DNA of 64,000 nucleotides from Bacteroidia bacterium (GTDB lineage Bacteria > Bacteroidota > Bacteroidia > UKL13-3). Positions 26,866-37,020 of the stretch are shown here, piece after piece. The notes beneath the pieces were generated by a model. It saw only the letters and a list, made by a program, of their open reading frames with translations, was not told the origin of the DNA and did no database searches. The stretch is taken from positions 24,262 to 88,261 of the forward strand of contig OZ257140.1 of the NCBI GenBank assembly GCA_965279165.1, given 5' to 3'. Each line of letters opens with the position of its first letter. Positions within the stretch are counted from its first letter, which is position 1. A program made the translations under genes and the position numbers.

Positions 26866-27111
26866 ATGAACAACTCAAACAACAGCGAAAAGCTGATAGG
26901 AGCATTATTAATAGGTGGTGCAATTGGCGCTGCCCTTGGAATTTTATTTGCACCGGATAAAGGTAGTGAAACACGCCGTAAAATAGCGGCTAAAAACGAT
27001 GAACTTACGGATGCAATGAAGCAAAAACTCAATACTACTATCGAAGAAATTAAAGAGGAAATGAATGCGATAAAAGAGAAGACAAGAGATCTCATGGAAG
27101 AAACAGCCTAA
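26866..27111 (+). CDS. YtxH-domain protein
   Basis: 81 aa. [31 protein letters not shown] is the typical YtxH N-terminus. Confidence 0.7.
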   Translation: MNNSNNSEKLIGALLIGGAIGAALGILFAPDKGSETRRKIAAKNDELTDAMKQKLNTTIEEIKEEMNAIKEKTRDLMEETA

Positions 27112-27168
27112 CACGCTATGGCAAAATTCTGACACCTATTAAAAGCAAAACCACAAACCAAAGGTAAA

Positions 27169-27507
27169 ATGGAAACACAATTAAAACTATTTGAACCCCT
27201 TATTAAACACCTCGAATTGTATGGAAAACAAAGCATCGAACTGGTAAGGTTAAAAACAATCGATAAAACAGCCAATTTGTTTTCAACTTTGTTTGCAAAA
27301 GTGTTGTTGTTTTCATCCTTATTGTTAGGTCTGGTTATTTTAAGTATTGGAGGTGCTGTTTTTCTTGGTGATTTTATCGGTAATATGGCATTTGGCTTCG
27401 TTATTGTCGCAGCATTTTATCTTATTATTGGCTTGATTCTATTGCTAATACAGCCTACTTTAAAATCCTCTTTTTACAATTCATTGATTGAGAAACTAAA
27501 CCATTGA
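27169..27507 (+). CDS. Small membrane protein (holin-X/DUF1469-like, uncertain)
   Basis: 112 aa with two long hydrophobic helices. Position after a YtxH gene is typical of such clusters (recollection). Confidence 0.4.
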   Translation: METQLKLFEPLIKHLELYGKQSIELVRLKTIDKTANLFSTLFAKVLLFSSLLLGLVILSIGGAVFLGDFIGNMAFGFVIVAAFYLIIGLILLLIQPTLKSSFYNSLIEKLNH

Positions 27508-27923
27508 ACCAAATGAAAAAAGTAAACCATATTAATGAACTGAAACAAGAAATTTTACGATTGGAATCTGATCAGGAGTTTACCAAATTGAGATTAAACG
27601 CAGTGCTTGGCGATACAATGGAACAATTAAATCCATTGCAGATGCTTAAACTATCCCTCAACGATTCAGGTAACTCAAAAATACTTAAAAGTGAAATTTT
27701 AGGGGCAACTGCCGGTTTAACCATCGGAGCTGTTGCTAAATTTTTACTTGTAGGTAACTCTAAAAATCCTTTACGTATCGTATTCGGTAATTTAGCACAG
27801 GTGGGCTTATCAGTACTTGTGGCTAAAAATCCAAAGACAGTAGCCAAGGTTACAACCGGTATCATAGGGATGATTAAGAATTATGCAGAAAATGTGCTTG
27901 AAAAACATCCTGTAAGAGAATAA
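27504..27923 (+). CDS. Hypothetical protein
   Basis: 139 aa. 4-nt overlap with the upstream gene. An amphipathic N-terminal helix followed by a hydrophobic segment. Confidence 0.45.
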   Translation: MNQMKKVNHINELKQEILRLESDQEFTKLRLNAVLGDTMEQLNPLQMLKLSLNDSGNSKILKSEILGATAGLTIGAVAKFLLVGNSKNPLRIVFGNLAQVGLSVLVAKNPKTVAKVTTGIIGMIKNYAENVLEKHPVRE

Positions 27924-27982
27924 TTCCAGGATTTCAGACTGCTTTTTTTATGGTTAAAAATTGCTTTACGTATTTGAAATGG

Positions 27983-29827
27983 ATGAATTTGCGTATACTT
28001 TTTATCTGTATAATTGTAGGCGTCGCTTTCTTTTTTCCATACCAATCTCAGGCGCAAAATGGAAAAGATTCGGTTGTATTTTACAAAAGACTCTTTGAAA
28101 AAGCAAACAAGCATGCATGGTCACGATGGTTATATAATATTACCATTAAAAGTTCAGTCGTAAAAGGAAAAGACAGCGTTTTTATAGCAGTTGTAAAAAA
28201 CAAAAAAAATCCCTTTCAGTCAAGTAAAGGAAAATATATCCGGAGTATTAATATAGTTGTACTCGATCCTTTCGGGTATTCTGTTGATGAATTTGTCGGA
28301 ACCAAACCTTCCTATATGGAAAGGGTTGGTAATAAACTACACAGTACATCTAAAGAAAAGATGATAAATAATATGCTTCTTTTCAAAGAAGGAAGCATAG
28401 CAGATCCACTAAAAATGAGCGAATCTGAACGTTTACTTCGCCTTTCTCCTTATGTTTATGACGCACGTTTGTATGTTTATAAACTTAAAAAATCGTCTAA
28501 GGACTCAATAGATGTATTGGTGCTTGTGCAGGATAAATGGACCACTTTTGTATGGAGTAGTTTCAATATTACGGTACCAAATTTAACCATCAAAGAGTCC
28601 AATTTTCTCGGTCTCGGACATCAGATCGAAGAAAATGTGAGTTGGCAAACCGGTAGGGGATATATAGAAACCAGAGGTAAATACTCAATTTACAATATAA
28701 AACGCTCGTACATACAATCCGATTTGTTTTATGCCGACTTAACCGATAGGCAGGAGTTTGGTGCCGCTTTGAATCGACCCTTTTACTCCCAATTGGCAAG
28801 ATGGGCAGGTGGTATAACTACAATTAGAAACAATACAATTATTGCCCCGTTGAATATTGAAGGTAGTATCGTAACTCCCTATGCCATCAATTATAACACT
28901 TTCGATGTTTGGGGTGCAGTAGGTTTTGCCGTCAAAAAACCACTTATACCTGTTGCCGATCTTCGCATCATTAGACTATTAACAGGGGCTCGTTACTATA
29001 ATAAAACATATATTAAACGCCCTTCATTTGATATAGATACCGGGCTATACAATCAAAATGAAAATTTGTACCTAATCAATTTCGGAATCACTAAACAATC
29101 TTATTACAGGGATAGGTATTTGTTTCGCTTTGGTGCCAATGAAGATATTCCTGAGGGGGCTTACTTTGAAATCTTACCGGGTTATTTAACCAAAGAATTA
29201 TCTGTTCCATTGTTTTATACCGGATTCAATATTGGAATAGGAAACCATATTGAAAAATTTGGCTATCTATCCACCAATTTAGGTTTCGGAACCTTTTATG
29301 AAAATGGAAATGCCAGAAATGGAGTGCTCAATTTGAGCGCTCTTTACTTTACTGATTTACTACGCATAAACAGATGGCATTTTCGACAATTTGTTCGTTT
29401 CAAATTTGTAAATGGATTTCGCCAGACCAATAATGCAATGCTCTTGTTTAATAGCGATGAAATGTATGGACTTTCCAGCGACCTTATAAAATCAAAATCG
29501 AAGGTGGTGCTCAATTACGAATTTCTGATTTATGCACCGTACAAATTACTTGGATTTCAATTTGCACCTGTTTTGTTTATAGGTTTGGCAGGATTGGCAA
29601 ATGACTACAATTTATTGCTTAAAGGTCAGATTTATCATGCCTATGCCATCGGTATCCTCATACGGAATGAATACTTAATTGCAGGTACCTTTCAAGTGTC
29701 TATTGGAATATATCCCTATATGCCCGGCAGCTCTGATTTTCTCATCAAAACCAACCCAATATCCAACTACAATGTCAGGGCTAGGGATTTTAGAATCTCA
29801 AAACCTGAATTGGTACCTTACAACTAA
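27983..29827 (+). CDS. Outer-membrane protein, POTRA-like segment plus beta-barrel (Omp85-superfamily-like)
   Basis: Start placed at ATG 27983. Signal peptide ends SQAQ. POTRA-like block IRSINIVVLDPFG..LLFKEGSIADPLKMSESERLLRLSPYVYDARLYV..DSIDVLVLVQDKW, then ~400 aa of beta-strand-like sequence. Confidence 0.45.
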   Translation: MNLRILFICIIVGVAFFFPYQSQAQNGKDSVVFYKRLFEKANKHAWSRWLYNITIKSSVVKGKDSVFIAVVKNKKNPFQSSKGKYIRSINIVVLDPFGYSVDEFVGTKPSYMERVGNKLHSTSKEKMINNMLLFKEGSIADPLKMSESERLLRLSPYVYDARLYVYKLKKSSKDSIDVLVLVQDKWTTFVWSSFNITVPNLTIKESNFLGLGHQIEENVSWQTGRGYIETRGKYSIYNIKRSYIQSDLFYADLTDRQEFGAALNRPFYSQLARWAGGITTIRNNTIIAPLNIEGSIVTPYAINYNTFDVWGAVGFAVKKPLIPVADLRIIRLLTGARYYNKTYIKRPSFDIDTGLYNQNENLYLINFGITKQSYYRDRYLFRFGANEDIPEGAYFEILPGYLTKELSVPLFYTGFNIGIGNHIEKFGYLSTNLGFGTFYENGNARNGVLNLSALYFTDLLRINRWHFRQFVRFKFVNGFRQTNNAMLLFNSDEMYGLSSDLIKSKSKVVLNYEFLIYAPYKLLGFQFAPVLFIGLAGLANDYNLLLKGQIYHAYAIGILIRNEYLIAGTFQVSIGIYPYMPGSSDFLIKTNPISNYNVRARDFRISKPELVPYN

Positions 29828-29848
29828 CACATTTAAAACAACTAAGAA

Positions 29849-30601
29849 ATGAAAACGATAAAACTAAATGATTGGTCCACTATGCCACCATCTACCGCTG
29901 ATAAAGAAACATTGAAAAAGGAATCTAAAAAGCTGGTTGTCGATTTAGCTTTGCTTCAAGAAAAGCTATTCGCACAGCATAAATATTCTGTATTAATAGT
30001 CATTCAGGGAATGGATACTAGCGGTAAAGATAGTGCAGTTAAGCATGTGTTTTCAGGGGTAAATCCTGCGGGTTGTGCTGTAAAATCATTTAAAAAACCA
30101 ACTGAACTTGAATTGAATCAGCATTTTTTATGGCGTATCAGCAATAGTTGTCCTTCTACCGGAATGATGCAGATTTTTAACCGGTCACATTACGAAGATA
30201 TTTTAATTCCCTTATCTCGAGATACTATTTCAACTAAGGCTTTACAGGCAAGAATGAAGGAAATAGAATCGTTTGAAAAAGGGTTGGTAGAAAACAATAC
30301 CTTATTGTTTAAGTTTTATTTGCATATTTCTTACAAGGAACAACTGATACGACTTGAATCCCGGAAGAGCAATCCAAATAAGCAATGGAAGCTGAACAAA
30401 GAGGATAGTAAAGATATTAGTAAACATAAGACCTATCGGAAGATTTACGAATATATATTGTCGCAAAGCAACAAAGTACAACCATGGGAAATCATCCCTT
30501 CGGATTGTAAATGGTATAAAAACCATACCATACTTAATTCTCTGGTAAATCGATTGGGTAAAATGGATATCGAATTTCCAACTTTATCTAATGAAGCATA
30601 A
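29849..30601 (+). CDS. Polyphosphate kinase 2 family protein
   Basis: 250 aa. VLIVIQGMDTSGKDSAVKHVF (P-loop-like), FLWRI, NRSHYEDIL. Confidence 0.85.
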   Translation: MKTIKLNDWSTMPPSTADKETLKKESKKLVVDLALLQEKLFAQHKYSVLIVIQGMDTSGKDSAVKHVFSGVNPAGCAVKSFKKPTELELNQHFLWRISNSCPSTGMMQIFNRSHYEDILIPLSRDTISTKALQARMKEIESFEKGLVENNTLLFKFYLHISYKEQLIRLESRKSNPNKQWKLNKEDSKDISKHKTYRKIYEYILSQSNKVQPWEIIPSDCKWYKNHTILNSLVNRLGKMDIEFPTLSNEA

Positions 30602-30680
30602 TTATGTAACAACTAAAATTTCTTATGTAACATACTTTTATATAAATAAGTAAACATTCGTGTTAACAGATTTATAAATT

Positions 30681-31445
30681 ATGAAAAGGAAGTTAGAAAA
30701 CAAAACAGTTGTTATTACTGGTGGTTTATCAGGAATTGGAAAAGCCTGTGCTATGGCTGCTGCTCACGAAGGGGCAAATATTGTACTGATAGATATTTAT
30801 TCGGAAGGAGAGGTTAATATTATGAACCAACTGCGTACAATTAACCCAAATGCCATTTTTTTAGGCTGCGATGTGTCATCGTATGATAGGGTGTTAAATA
30901 CCATGGATAAAATTACCGATCATTTTGGAGGTATTGATATTGCTTTGAACAATGCCGGAATTGGCGGAGAGGCCAATAAGGTAGGGGATATGACTGAGGA
31001 GGCTTGGTTGAAAGTAATAGGTGTAAACTTAAATGGGGTGTTTAATTGTATGAAACACGAATTGAAACAAATGGTTAAACAACAACAGGGAGTTATTGTA
31101 AATATGTCTTCTATACTCGGCAAAGTTGGATTTGCCTCTTCAGCGCATTATGTAGCCGCAAAACATGGTGTAATCGGATTAACCCAATCTGCCGCCATCG
31201 AATATGCCTCAATGGGCATTCGCATAAATGCAATTTGCCCGGGATTTATCAATACCCCACTGTTAACCAAAGGTGGTATAAATGACAATGCAGATATTAA
31301 ACAAGCTATTATGGATATGCATCCAATGAAACGATTTGGAGAAGCAGAAGAAATTGCCAAAGGATTTATTTTTCTCGCCTCAGCTGATAGTTCGTTTATG
31401 ACAGGTACATGCCTGGAAATAGATGGAGGTTATTTGGCTGTTTAA
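30681..31445 (+). CDS. SDR-family oxidoreductase
   Basis: TGGLSGIGKA cofactor motif, NNAG, catalytic YVAAKHG. Confidence 0.85.
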   Translation: MKRKLENKTVVITGGLSGIGKACAMAAAHEGANIVLIDIYSEGEVNIMNQLRTINPNAIFLGCDVSSYDRVLNTMDKITDHFGGIDIALNNAGIGGEANKVGDMTEEAWLKVIGVNLNGVFNCMKHELKQMVKQQQGVIVNMSSILGKVGFASSAHYVAAKHGVIGLTQSAAIEYASMGIRINAICPGFINTPLLTKGGINDNADIKQAIMDMHPMKRFGEAEEIAKGFIFLASADSSFMTGTCLEIDGGYLAV

Positions 31446-31501
31446 TTAATTTTTTTATAAAAAACAAAACAGAATCTTTCTTCTCTATAATAAAATGTAA
31501 A

Positions 31502-31975
31502 ATGATACTACAAATACCAAAAGCGGCTCCTGCGATAACCAAGTTACAATGGAAGGCCGGAATATTAATTTTTATTTCTTATGTACTGTACTTTCTTGCA
31601 ATGAAATATGCCGGTTTGCTTGAAAGTATTTTAATCAGATCTTTGAATTTTCTAATTCTAATTGTCGGTATTTTATTGGCATTACGCAAGTACAAATCAA
31701 TCAACAATAAGCCAACAATGTATTTATCGGGTTTATGGTTTTGTTTTATAACCGGATTTATCAGCGTTGTGCTATTCTCTTTATTTATTTCATTGTACTT
31801 TAATTATACTGATTCGGAACTTTTGTTGCGAATAAAAGATAATTCATTAATGCTGGAAAATTACACTTCACCTTTCTCTATTTTTATAACAACAATGATA
31901 GAAGGTGGATGCTCTGTTTTGGTCATTTCCTTTTCTATGATGCAGTTCTTTATAAATGATCGTACCCATCAGTAA
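31502..31975 (+). CDS. Hypothetical membrane protein
   Basis: Start placed at ATG 31502 to avoid overlapping the SDR gene. About 4 hydrophobic helices. Confidence 0.45.
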   Translation: MILQIPKAAPAITKLQWKAGILIFISYVLYFLAMKYAGLLESILIRSLNFLILIVGILLALRKYKSINNKPTMYLSGLWFCFITGFISVVLFSLFISLYFNYTDSELLLRIKDNSLMLENYTSPFSIFITTMIEGGCSVLVISFSMMQFFINDRTHQ

Positions 31976-32144
31976 GGATATCGATTTTGCTTTTTCTATC
32001 CCCGAAATAAATGTGGCAATTATATAACTATTAATTGCTTAAATGTAAGCGAATAGCAGCTCGTAATCTTCAATTTTGAAGTGATTTACGACTCTTATCC
32101 AAGATGAAGAAATCACAACTGTTTTAATAATAATAACAAAAAAA

Positions 32145-32618
32145 ATGAAACCCGAAATTGGAATTAAGGAGAAATACTTGCGTTTAAGTATCGACTCTCT
32201 TACCATCATTCTAGCAGATGAGATGACCCTTTATGTGAAGCTCCGTAAATTTCATTGGAATGTATCCGGAGAAAGCTTTATGGAATTGCATAAATTATTT
32301 CAAAGCCAATACACAGAATTGGAATTGTCTATTGATTTGATTGCAGAAAGAATTAACAAACTTGGTGGCAAAACCATCGGTACAATGTCCGAATTTTTGA
32401 ACTCAACCCGTCTCCATGAATCGGTAGGAAAGTACCCTTCACAGAAAGAAATGTTGAAAGAAATATTGATGGACCACGAAACAATTATTATCGGACTAAG
32501 AAAAGACATTGAAGAATTGAATGTAAAGAATAAGGATGTCGGAACATCCGATTTTATTACCGGTTTGTTAGAAGAGCATGAAACAAATGCCTGGATAATC
32601 CGAAGATATATCAGTTAA
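32145..32618 (+). CDS. dps: Dps-family DNA-protection/ferritin-like protein
   Basis: 157 aa. LRKFHWNVSGESFMELHKLFQSQY..DLIAERI pattern of Dps ferroxidase-site helices. Confidence 0.85.
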   Translation: MKPEIGIKEKYLRLSIDSLTIILADEMTLYVKLRKFHWNVSGESFMELHKLFQSQYTELELSIDLIAERINKLGGKTIGTMSEFLNSTRLHESVGKYPSQKEMLKEILMDHETIIIGLRKDIEELNVKNKDVGTSDFITGLLEEHETNAWIIRRYIS

Positions 32619-32636
32619 TCTAAAGGTGTTATTCAT

Positions 32637-33467
32637 ATGCAATTATCCCAGCAAAATAAAACAAAGAATATACTAAGTAAGTTACCTAAAGCTATTGGCA
32701 AGAGGTACAATCTTATGCAATCATTTTTTTTAAAGGTTGCTGATTTTTCACTTTTTACCGGGCGTTATTTCAAATTGTTGTTTCAACCTCCGATTGAATT
32801 CAACGAATTGCTCAAACAAAGCTATTTAATAGGATATAAATCCTTGCCTTTGGTTGGCATAACCGGCTTTATCATGGGTCTTGTATTAACCATTCAATCC
32901 CGACCAACATTGGCAGAGTTTGGCGCCGAATCGTGGCTACCAGCTATGATTTCCGTTTCAATTGTACGTGAAATAGGACCTGTAATTACCGCCTTAATCT
33001 GTGCCGGTAAAGTTGGTTCAGGTATCGGTGCTGAATTGGCTTCAATGAAAGTTACCGAACAAATTGATGCAATGGAAGTATCCGGATCAAACCCCTTCAA
33101 ATATATTGTTGTAACCAGGGTAACAGCAAGTATGTTGATGTTGCCCTTATTAACCATTTTCAATGACGCTATTTCTATGTTTGGTTCTTTTGTAGGAGTC
33201 AATATAAAAGGTGACGTTAGTTTTCATTTGTTTTTTGCCCAGGCATTTACCCAATTAAGCTTTACCGATATTATACCTTCTCTGGTTAAAACTATTTTCT
33301 TCGGTCTTGCTATTGGACTTATTGCAAGTTACAATGGTTATTACGCCAATAAAGGTACGGAAGGAGTCGGGGCCGCAGCAAATTCTTCGGTGGTACTTGG
33401 GTCATTAATGGTATTTATACTGGATATAATAGCGGTACAGGTAACTGCATTATTTGTGGTTCAATAA
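32637..33467 (+). CDS. MlaE-family ABC transporter permease
   Basis: REIGPVITALICAGKVGSGIGAELASMKVTEQIDAMEVSG is the MlaE signature. Followed by ATPase and MCE genes. Confidence 0.85.
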   Translation: MQLSQQNKTKNILSKLPKAIGKRYNLMQSFFLKVADFSLFTGRYFKLLFQPPIEFNELLKQSYLIGYKSLPLVGITGFIMGLVLTIQSRPTLAEFGAESWLPAMISVSIVREIGPVITALICAGKVGSGIGAELASMKVTEQIDAMEVSGSNPFKYIVVTRVTASMLMLPLLTIFNDAISMFGSFVGVNIKGDVSFHLFFAQAFTQLSFTDIIPSLVKTIFFGLAIGLIASYNGYYANKGTEGVGAAANSSVVLGSLMVFILDIIAVQVTALFVVQ

Positions 33468-33475
33468 ATTCGATT

Positions 33476-34228
33476 ATGGAAACAAAAGCGGAGAAAAGCG
33501 AGGGAAATAGTATCATTCGGATTAAAAACCTGCAAAAATCTTTCGGTTCAAAGCAAGTTCTTGTAGATATAAATCTGGAGATACCAAAAGGGCAGAACCT
33601 TGTGGTATTAGGTAAATCAGGAAGTGGCAAATCGGTTTTAATTAAATGTATGGTAGGCTTGATTGAACCGGATAATGGTTCTATGGAAATTCTTGGAAAG
33701 GATGTAGAAAGTCTCAATATAAAAGAACTGAATGATATGCGTAAGAAAATCGGATTCCTCTTCCAAAGTGGAGCCCTGTATGATTCAATGACCGTAGGCG
33801 AAAATTTAGCCTTTCCACTACGGGATAGCAAAACCATCGACAAAAAAGAAACCAACCGACTGATAGAAGAAGTTTTACAAAATGTTGGACTTTCAGATAC
33901 TATCGACAAAATGCCCTCTGAATTATCGGGGGGTATGAGAAAACGGATTGGATTAGCAAGAACCCTCATTTTAAAACCTGCAATTATCCTTTATGATGAA
34001 CCAACCACAGGGCTTGATCCTATCACATCAGGTGAAATGAGTCAGCTTATTTTAAGCATTCAAAAACAATACCAAACAACCAGCATTATTATCACTCACG
34101 ATATGGAATGTGCCCGTATAACAGCTAACCACATGGTTATACTAAAAGATGGATTAATCCACTCTTCAGGTACCTATAAGGAATTGTCTGAATCAAAAGA
34201 TCCATGGGTACACTCTTTCTTCAACTAA
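33476..34228 (+). CDS. MlaF-like ABC transporter ATP-binding protein
   Basis: Walker A GKSGSGKS, signature LSGGMRKRIGLARTL, Walker B ILYDEPTTGLD. Confidence 0.88.
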   Translation: METKAEKSEGNSIIRIKNLQKSFGSKQVLVDINLEIPKGQNLVVLGKSGSGKSVLIKCMVGLIEPDNGSMEILGKDVESLNIKELNDMRKKIGFLFQSGALYDSMTVGENLAFPLRDSKTIDKKETNRLIEEVLQNVGLSDTIDKMPSELSGGMRKRIGLARTLILKPAIILYDEPTTGLDPITSGEMSQLILSIQKQYQTTSIIITHDMECARITANHMVILKDGLIHSSGTYKELSESKDPWVHSFFN

Positions 34229-34240
34229 AAATAAATTACC

Positions 34241-34921
34241 ATGAAAACCGAATCAATCAATAAAATAAAATTAGGTGCCTTTGTAACTTTGGGTATTATC
34301 ATTCTTGGAACAGGTATCTTTTTTATGGGAGATACCAAAAAACTATTCAGTACTACTTTTCGTATAAGTGCTGTTTTTAAAGATGTAAATGGTTTACAAG
34401 TGGGCAACAGTGTGCGGTTTGCCGGTATAAATGTTGGAACCATTGATGCCATCGAAATCATGACAGATACCGTGATTAAAGTGGATATGGTCATCGATGT
34501 AAAAACACAAAAATTTATCAAGAAAGACGCCAAAGCCACCATCGGTTCAGATGGATTAATGGGAAACCGCATCATGAATATTTCACCGGGAACTACCCCA
34601 TTTGAAAAAATAGAAGACAATGATTTAATTGGTACAACCATTCCGGTAAGTTTTGATGATATGCTGTTAACCTTTAAGGAAACGGTTGATAATACAGCCC
34701 TCATAACAGGCGACCTCGCAACTATTATGGGTAATATCAAATCGGGTAGGGGTACCATTGGTAAACTTTTTATGGATACCGTTTTTGCAGATAACCTCGA
34801 TAAAACTATCCTGAATGTAAAACAAGGTACAAAAGGCTTTAAACAAAATATGGATGCTGCACAGCATAGTATTTTGTTGAGGGGATTTTTCAAAAAAACA
34901 GACAAAGCAAAAAAGAAGTAA
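34241..34921 (+). CDS. MlaD/MCE-family substrate-binding protein
   Basis: N-terminal TM helix then an MCE fold pattern (F.DVNGLQVGNSVRFAGINVGTI). Third gene of the Mla-like operon. Confidence 0.8.
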   Translation: MKTESINKIKLGAFVTLGIIILGTGIFFMGDTKKLFSTTFRISAVFKDVNGLQVGNSVRFAGINVGTIDAIEIMTDTVIKVDMVIDVKTQKFIKKDAKATIGSDGLMGNRIMNISPGTTPFEKIEDNDLIGTTIPVSFDDMLLTFKETVDNTALITGDLATIMGNIKSGRGTIGKLFMDTVFADNLDKTILNVKQGTKGFKQNMDAAQHSILLRGFFKKTDKAKKK

Positions 34922-35104
34922 TTCTTCCATTCTGATTTTTTTACGTATTCTGCTTCAATCGATTTCAAAAAATACTTAAGAACTGCCCTTTTGAATAGGG
35001 ATTCTCAATCAAACAACCTGTATCTTATATTCTGTTTTCTGGCCAATAGATGCATTAAGTTTCATTGATAACAACAGTTCTTACTACAACATTCCCTTTT
35101 CAAT

Positions 35105-35143
35105 CTGTGAATGATGTAAATCAAAATCAAAGTTCTGTAATAC
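35105..35143 (+). promoter_or_regulatory. Bipartite motif CTGTGAATGATGTAA-N16-TGTAATAC (site 3)
   Basis: Starts 103 nt upstream of the OmpA/TSP3 gene start (GTG 35208). 13/15 match to sites 1-2 in box 1. Box 2 is identical to site 1. Confidence 0.45.
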
Positions 35144-35207
35144 TTAATCTTAGGTAATAAGGGATTTTTGAAACGTAATAAATTCATTACATCTAATACA
35201 ACATATT

Positions 35208-36911
35208 GTGAAAATACATCAACCAACTTTTTCAACTTTATGGAATACCAAATTCTATAAACAATTCTTTTTTACCCTGCTATTTTCCACTCTGATAATA
35301 AGTTCTTTTGCACAAACAAGCGATAGGAAATATAACTTTGGGTTGGTAGCCGGTATTAGTACCTATTCCGGAGATTTAGGAAGTGGAATTTTTAATTTTA
35401 AATCGAGGGATTTCCAACAAAATATATTAGGAGGAGTTACATTTTCCAGGTATATCAATAAATCATTTGATGCAACATTAATGGCCACATTTGGCACCTG
35501 GGGTTATTATGATGCAAAGGCTCCTGCGCAAAACTTTAAGGCTTATATGCTGCAAAGCAATATTGCGGTTAAGTATAAATTTAACAATGGTTATCTGATT
35601 CCCGAAAATTCAAGAATTTCACCTTATGTTTTTGCTGGTTTAGGTTTTACCAGTTTAACCGGCGACCGCGTTAATAACGATATTAGTTTTCCATTGGTAA
35701 CTGGTGGTGGACTTAAAGTACGGATCAACGAAGTGCTTAATTTTAGCTACCAGGCAACCCTTGGTTTTATGGGCTCGGCTCATTACCACCCGAATGATCT
35801 AAATCCCCCAACCGGAAATGATATTTTTCTTTTACATACAGTCGGACTTGATTTAAATCTAGGATCAGGAAAGGATGCGGATAAAGATGGTATTGCAGAC
35901 AGAATGGACAAATGTTCCGGTACGCCTGCAGGTGTTAAAGTGGATGCAAATGGTTGCCCACTAGATAGAGACCAGGATGGCGTTTTAGATTATTTAGATA
36001 AATGCCCGGATACGTATGGTTTAAGCAACACTTCCGGTTGTCCCGATTCTGATAAAGATGGAGTTTCTGATAAAGAAGATTTATGTCCTGCCGAATTTGG
36101 ACTTGCATCTTTACAAGGTTGTCCGGATGCTGATGGCGATGGAATTATGGATAGCAAAGACAAATGCCCAAATGTTAAAGGTACCCTTGCTTTCGATGGC
36201 TGCCCGGATAGAGATGGCGACGGGGTTAGAGATGAAGAAGATTTATGCCCTGACGTTAAAGGTGTAGTAATGTTTAAAGGTTGTCCGGATACCGATAGCG
36301 ATGGAATTGAAGATACAAAAGATATGTGCCCAACTTTAAAAGGACCGGTGTCAACCAATGGTTGTCCGGATACAGATAACGATGCGGTACACGATGGAAT
36401 TGATAAATGCCCTCAAGTTGCCGGTGATCCCTCACATAAAGGTTGTCCGGATACCGATTTGGATGGCGTGTTTGATGATATCGACAAATGTATTACCATC
36501 CCGGGAACTGCAACTAATTTTGGTTGCCCTGAATTGAAAAAATCAACCAAATTATTGTTCCAAAAAGCTTTACAAGGTATTCAGTTCGAAACCGGAAAAG
36601 CTATCATCAAACCTGTTTCATTTGGTATATTGAATGCTATTGTGAATGTAATGGCCGAAAATCCAAGTTATAAATTATTCATCTCCGGTCATACCGACAA
36701 TGTGGGTGATGACGCAATGAATATGACTTTGTCGCAAAACAGAGCATCTGCTGTAGCCGATTATCTTATTAAACATGGAGTAAGTCCTCTACGGGTTACT
36801 TCAGAAGGTTATGGAGAAACCGCGCCTGTTGATACCAACAAGACTGCTAAGGGTAAAACCAGAAACAGACGTGTTGAATTCAGGGTTGAATTTATGGAAG
36901 TAGCAAAATAG
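35208..36911 (+). CDS. OmpA-family protein with thrombospondin type-3-like calcium-binding repeats
   Basis: 567 aa. N-terminal beta-barrel-like region, about 9 repeats DxDxDG(I/V)xDxxDxCP, and a C-terminal OmpA domain (..TDNVGD..NRRVEF). Confidence 0.85.
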   Translation: MKIHQPTFSTLWNTKFYKQFFFTLLFSTLIISSFAQTSDRKYNFGLVAGISTYSGDLGSGIFNFKSRDFQQNILGGVTFSRYINKSFDATLMATFGTWGYYDAKAPAQNFKAYMLQSNIAVKYKFNNGYLIPENSRISPYVFAGLGFTSLTGDRVNNDISFPLVTGGGLKVRINEVLNFSYQATLGFMGSAHYHPNDLNPPTGNDIFLLHTVGLDLNLGSGKDADKDGIADRMDKCSGTPAGVKVDANGCPLDRDQDGVLDYLDKCPDTYGLSNTSGCPDSDKDGVSDKEDLCPAEFGLASLQGCPDADGDGIMDSKDKCPNVKGTLAFDGCPDRDGDGVRDEEDLCPDVKGVVMFKGCPDTDSDGIEDTKDMCPTLKGPVSTNGCPDTDNDAVHDGIDKCPQVAGDPSHKGCPDTDLDGVFDDIDKCITIPGTATNFGCPELKKSTKLLFQKALQGIQFETGKAIIKPVSFGILNAIVNVMAENPSYKLFISGHTDNVGDDAMNMTLSQNRASAVADYLIKHGVSPLRVTSEGYGETAPVDTNKTAKGKTRNRRVEFRVEFMEVAK

Positions 36912-36927
36912 TTTTTGAAAGAAAATT

Positions 36928-36959
36928 AAAAAGGTGCGGGTTTTTCCTGCACCTTTTTT
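36928..36959 (+). terminator. Rho-independent terminator after ompA-like gene
   Basis: aaaaaggtgcggg-ttttt-cctgcacc followed by tttttt. Confidence 0.8.
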
Positions 36960-37020
36960 CATTTTAACGAATACCCATTCACAAAATGAAGAAGTTTAGC
37001 CGTTTTATACAATTGAATAT

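Noticed and set aside
33415-33969. 184-aa minus-strand ORF
   Set aside because: It is antisense to the MlaF-like ABC ATPase, which has clear Walker A/B and signature motifs. Shadow ORF.
34225-34968. 247-aa minus-strand ORF
   Set aside because: It lies entirely antisense to the well-supported MlaD/MCE gene (34241-34921). Its composition (Ser/Leu/Phe/Val-rich with no motifs) is typical of a shadow ORF in AT-rich DNA.
35990-36358. 122-aa minus-strand ORF and 69-aa plus-strand ORF inside the OmpA/TSP3 gene
   Set aside because: These are alternative frames of the highly repetitive thrombospondin-type-3 repeat region. The long + frame with DxDxDG repeats and an OmpA C-terminal domain is clearly the real one.
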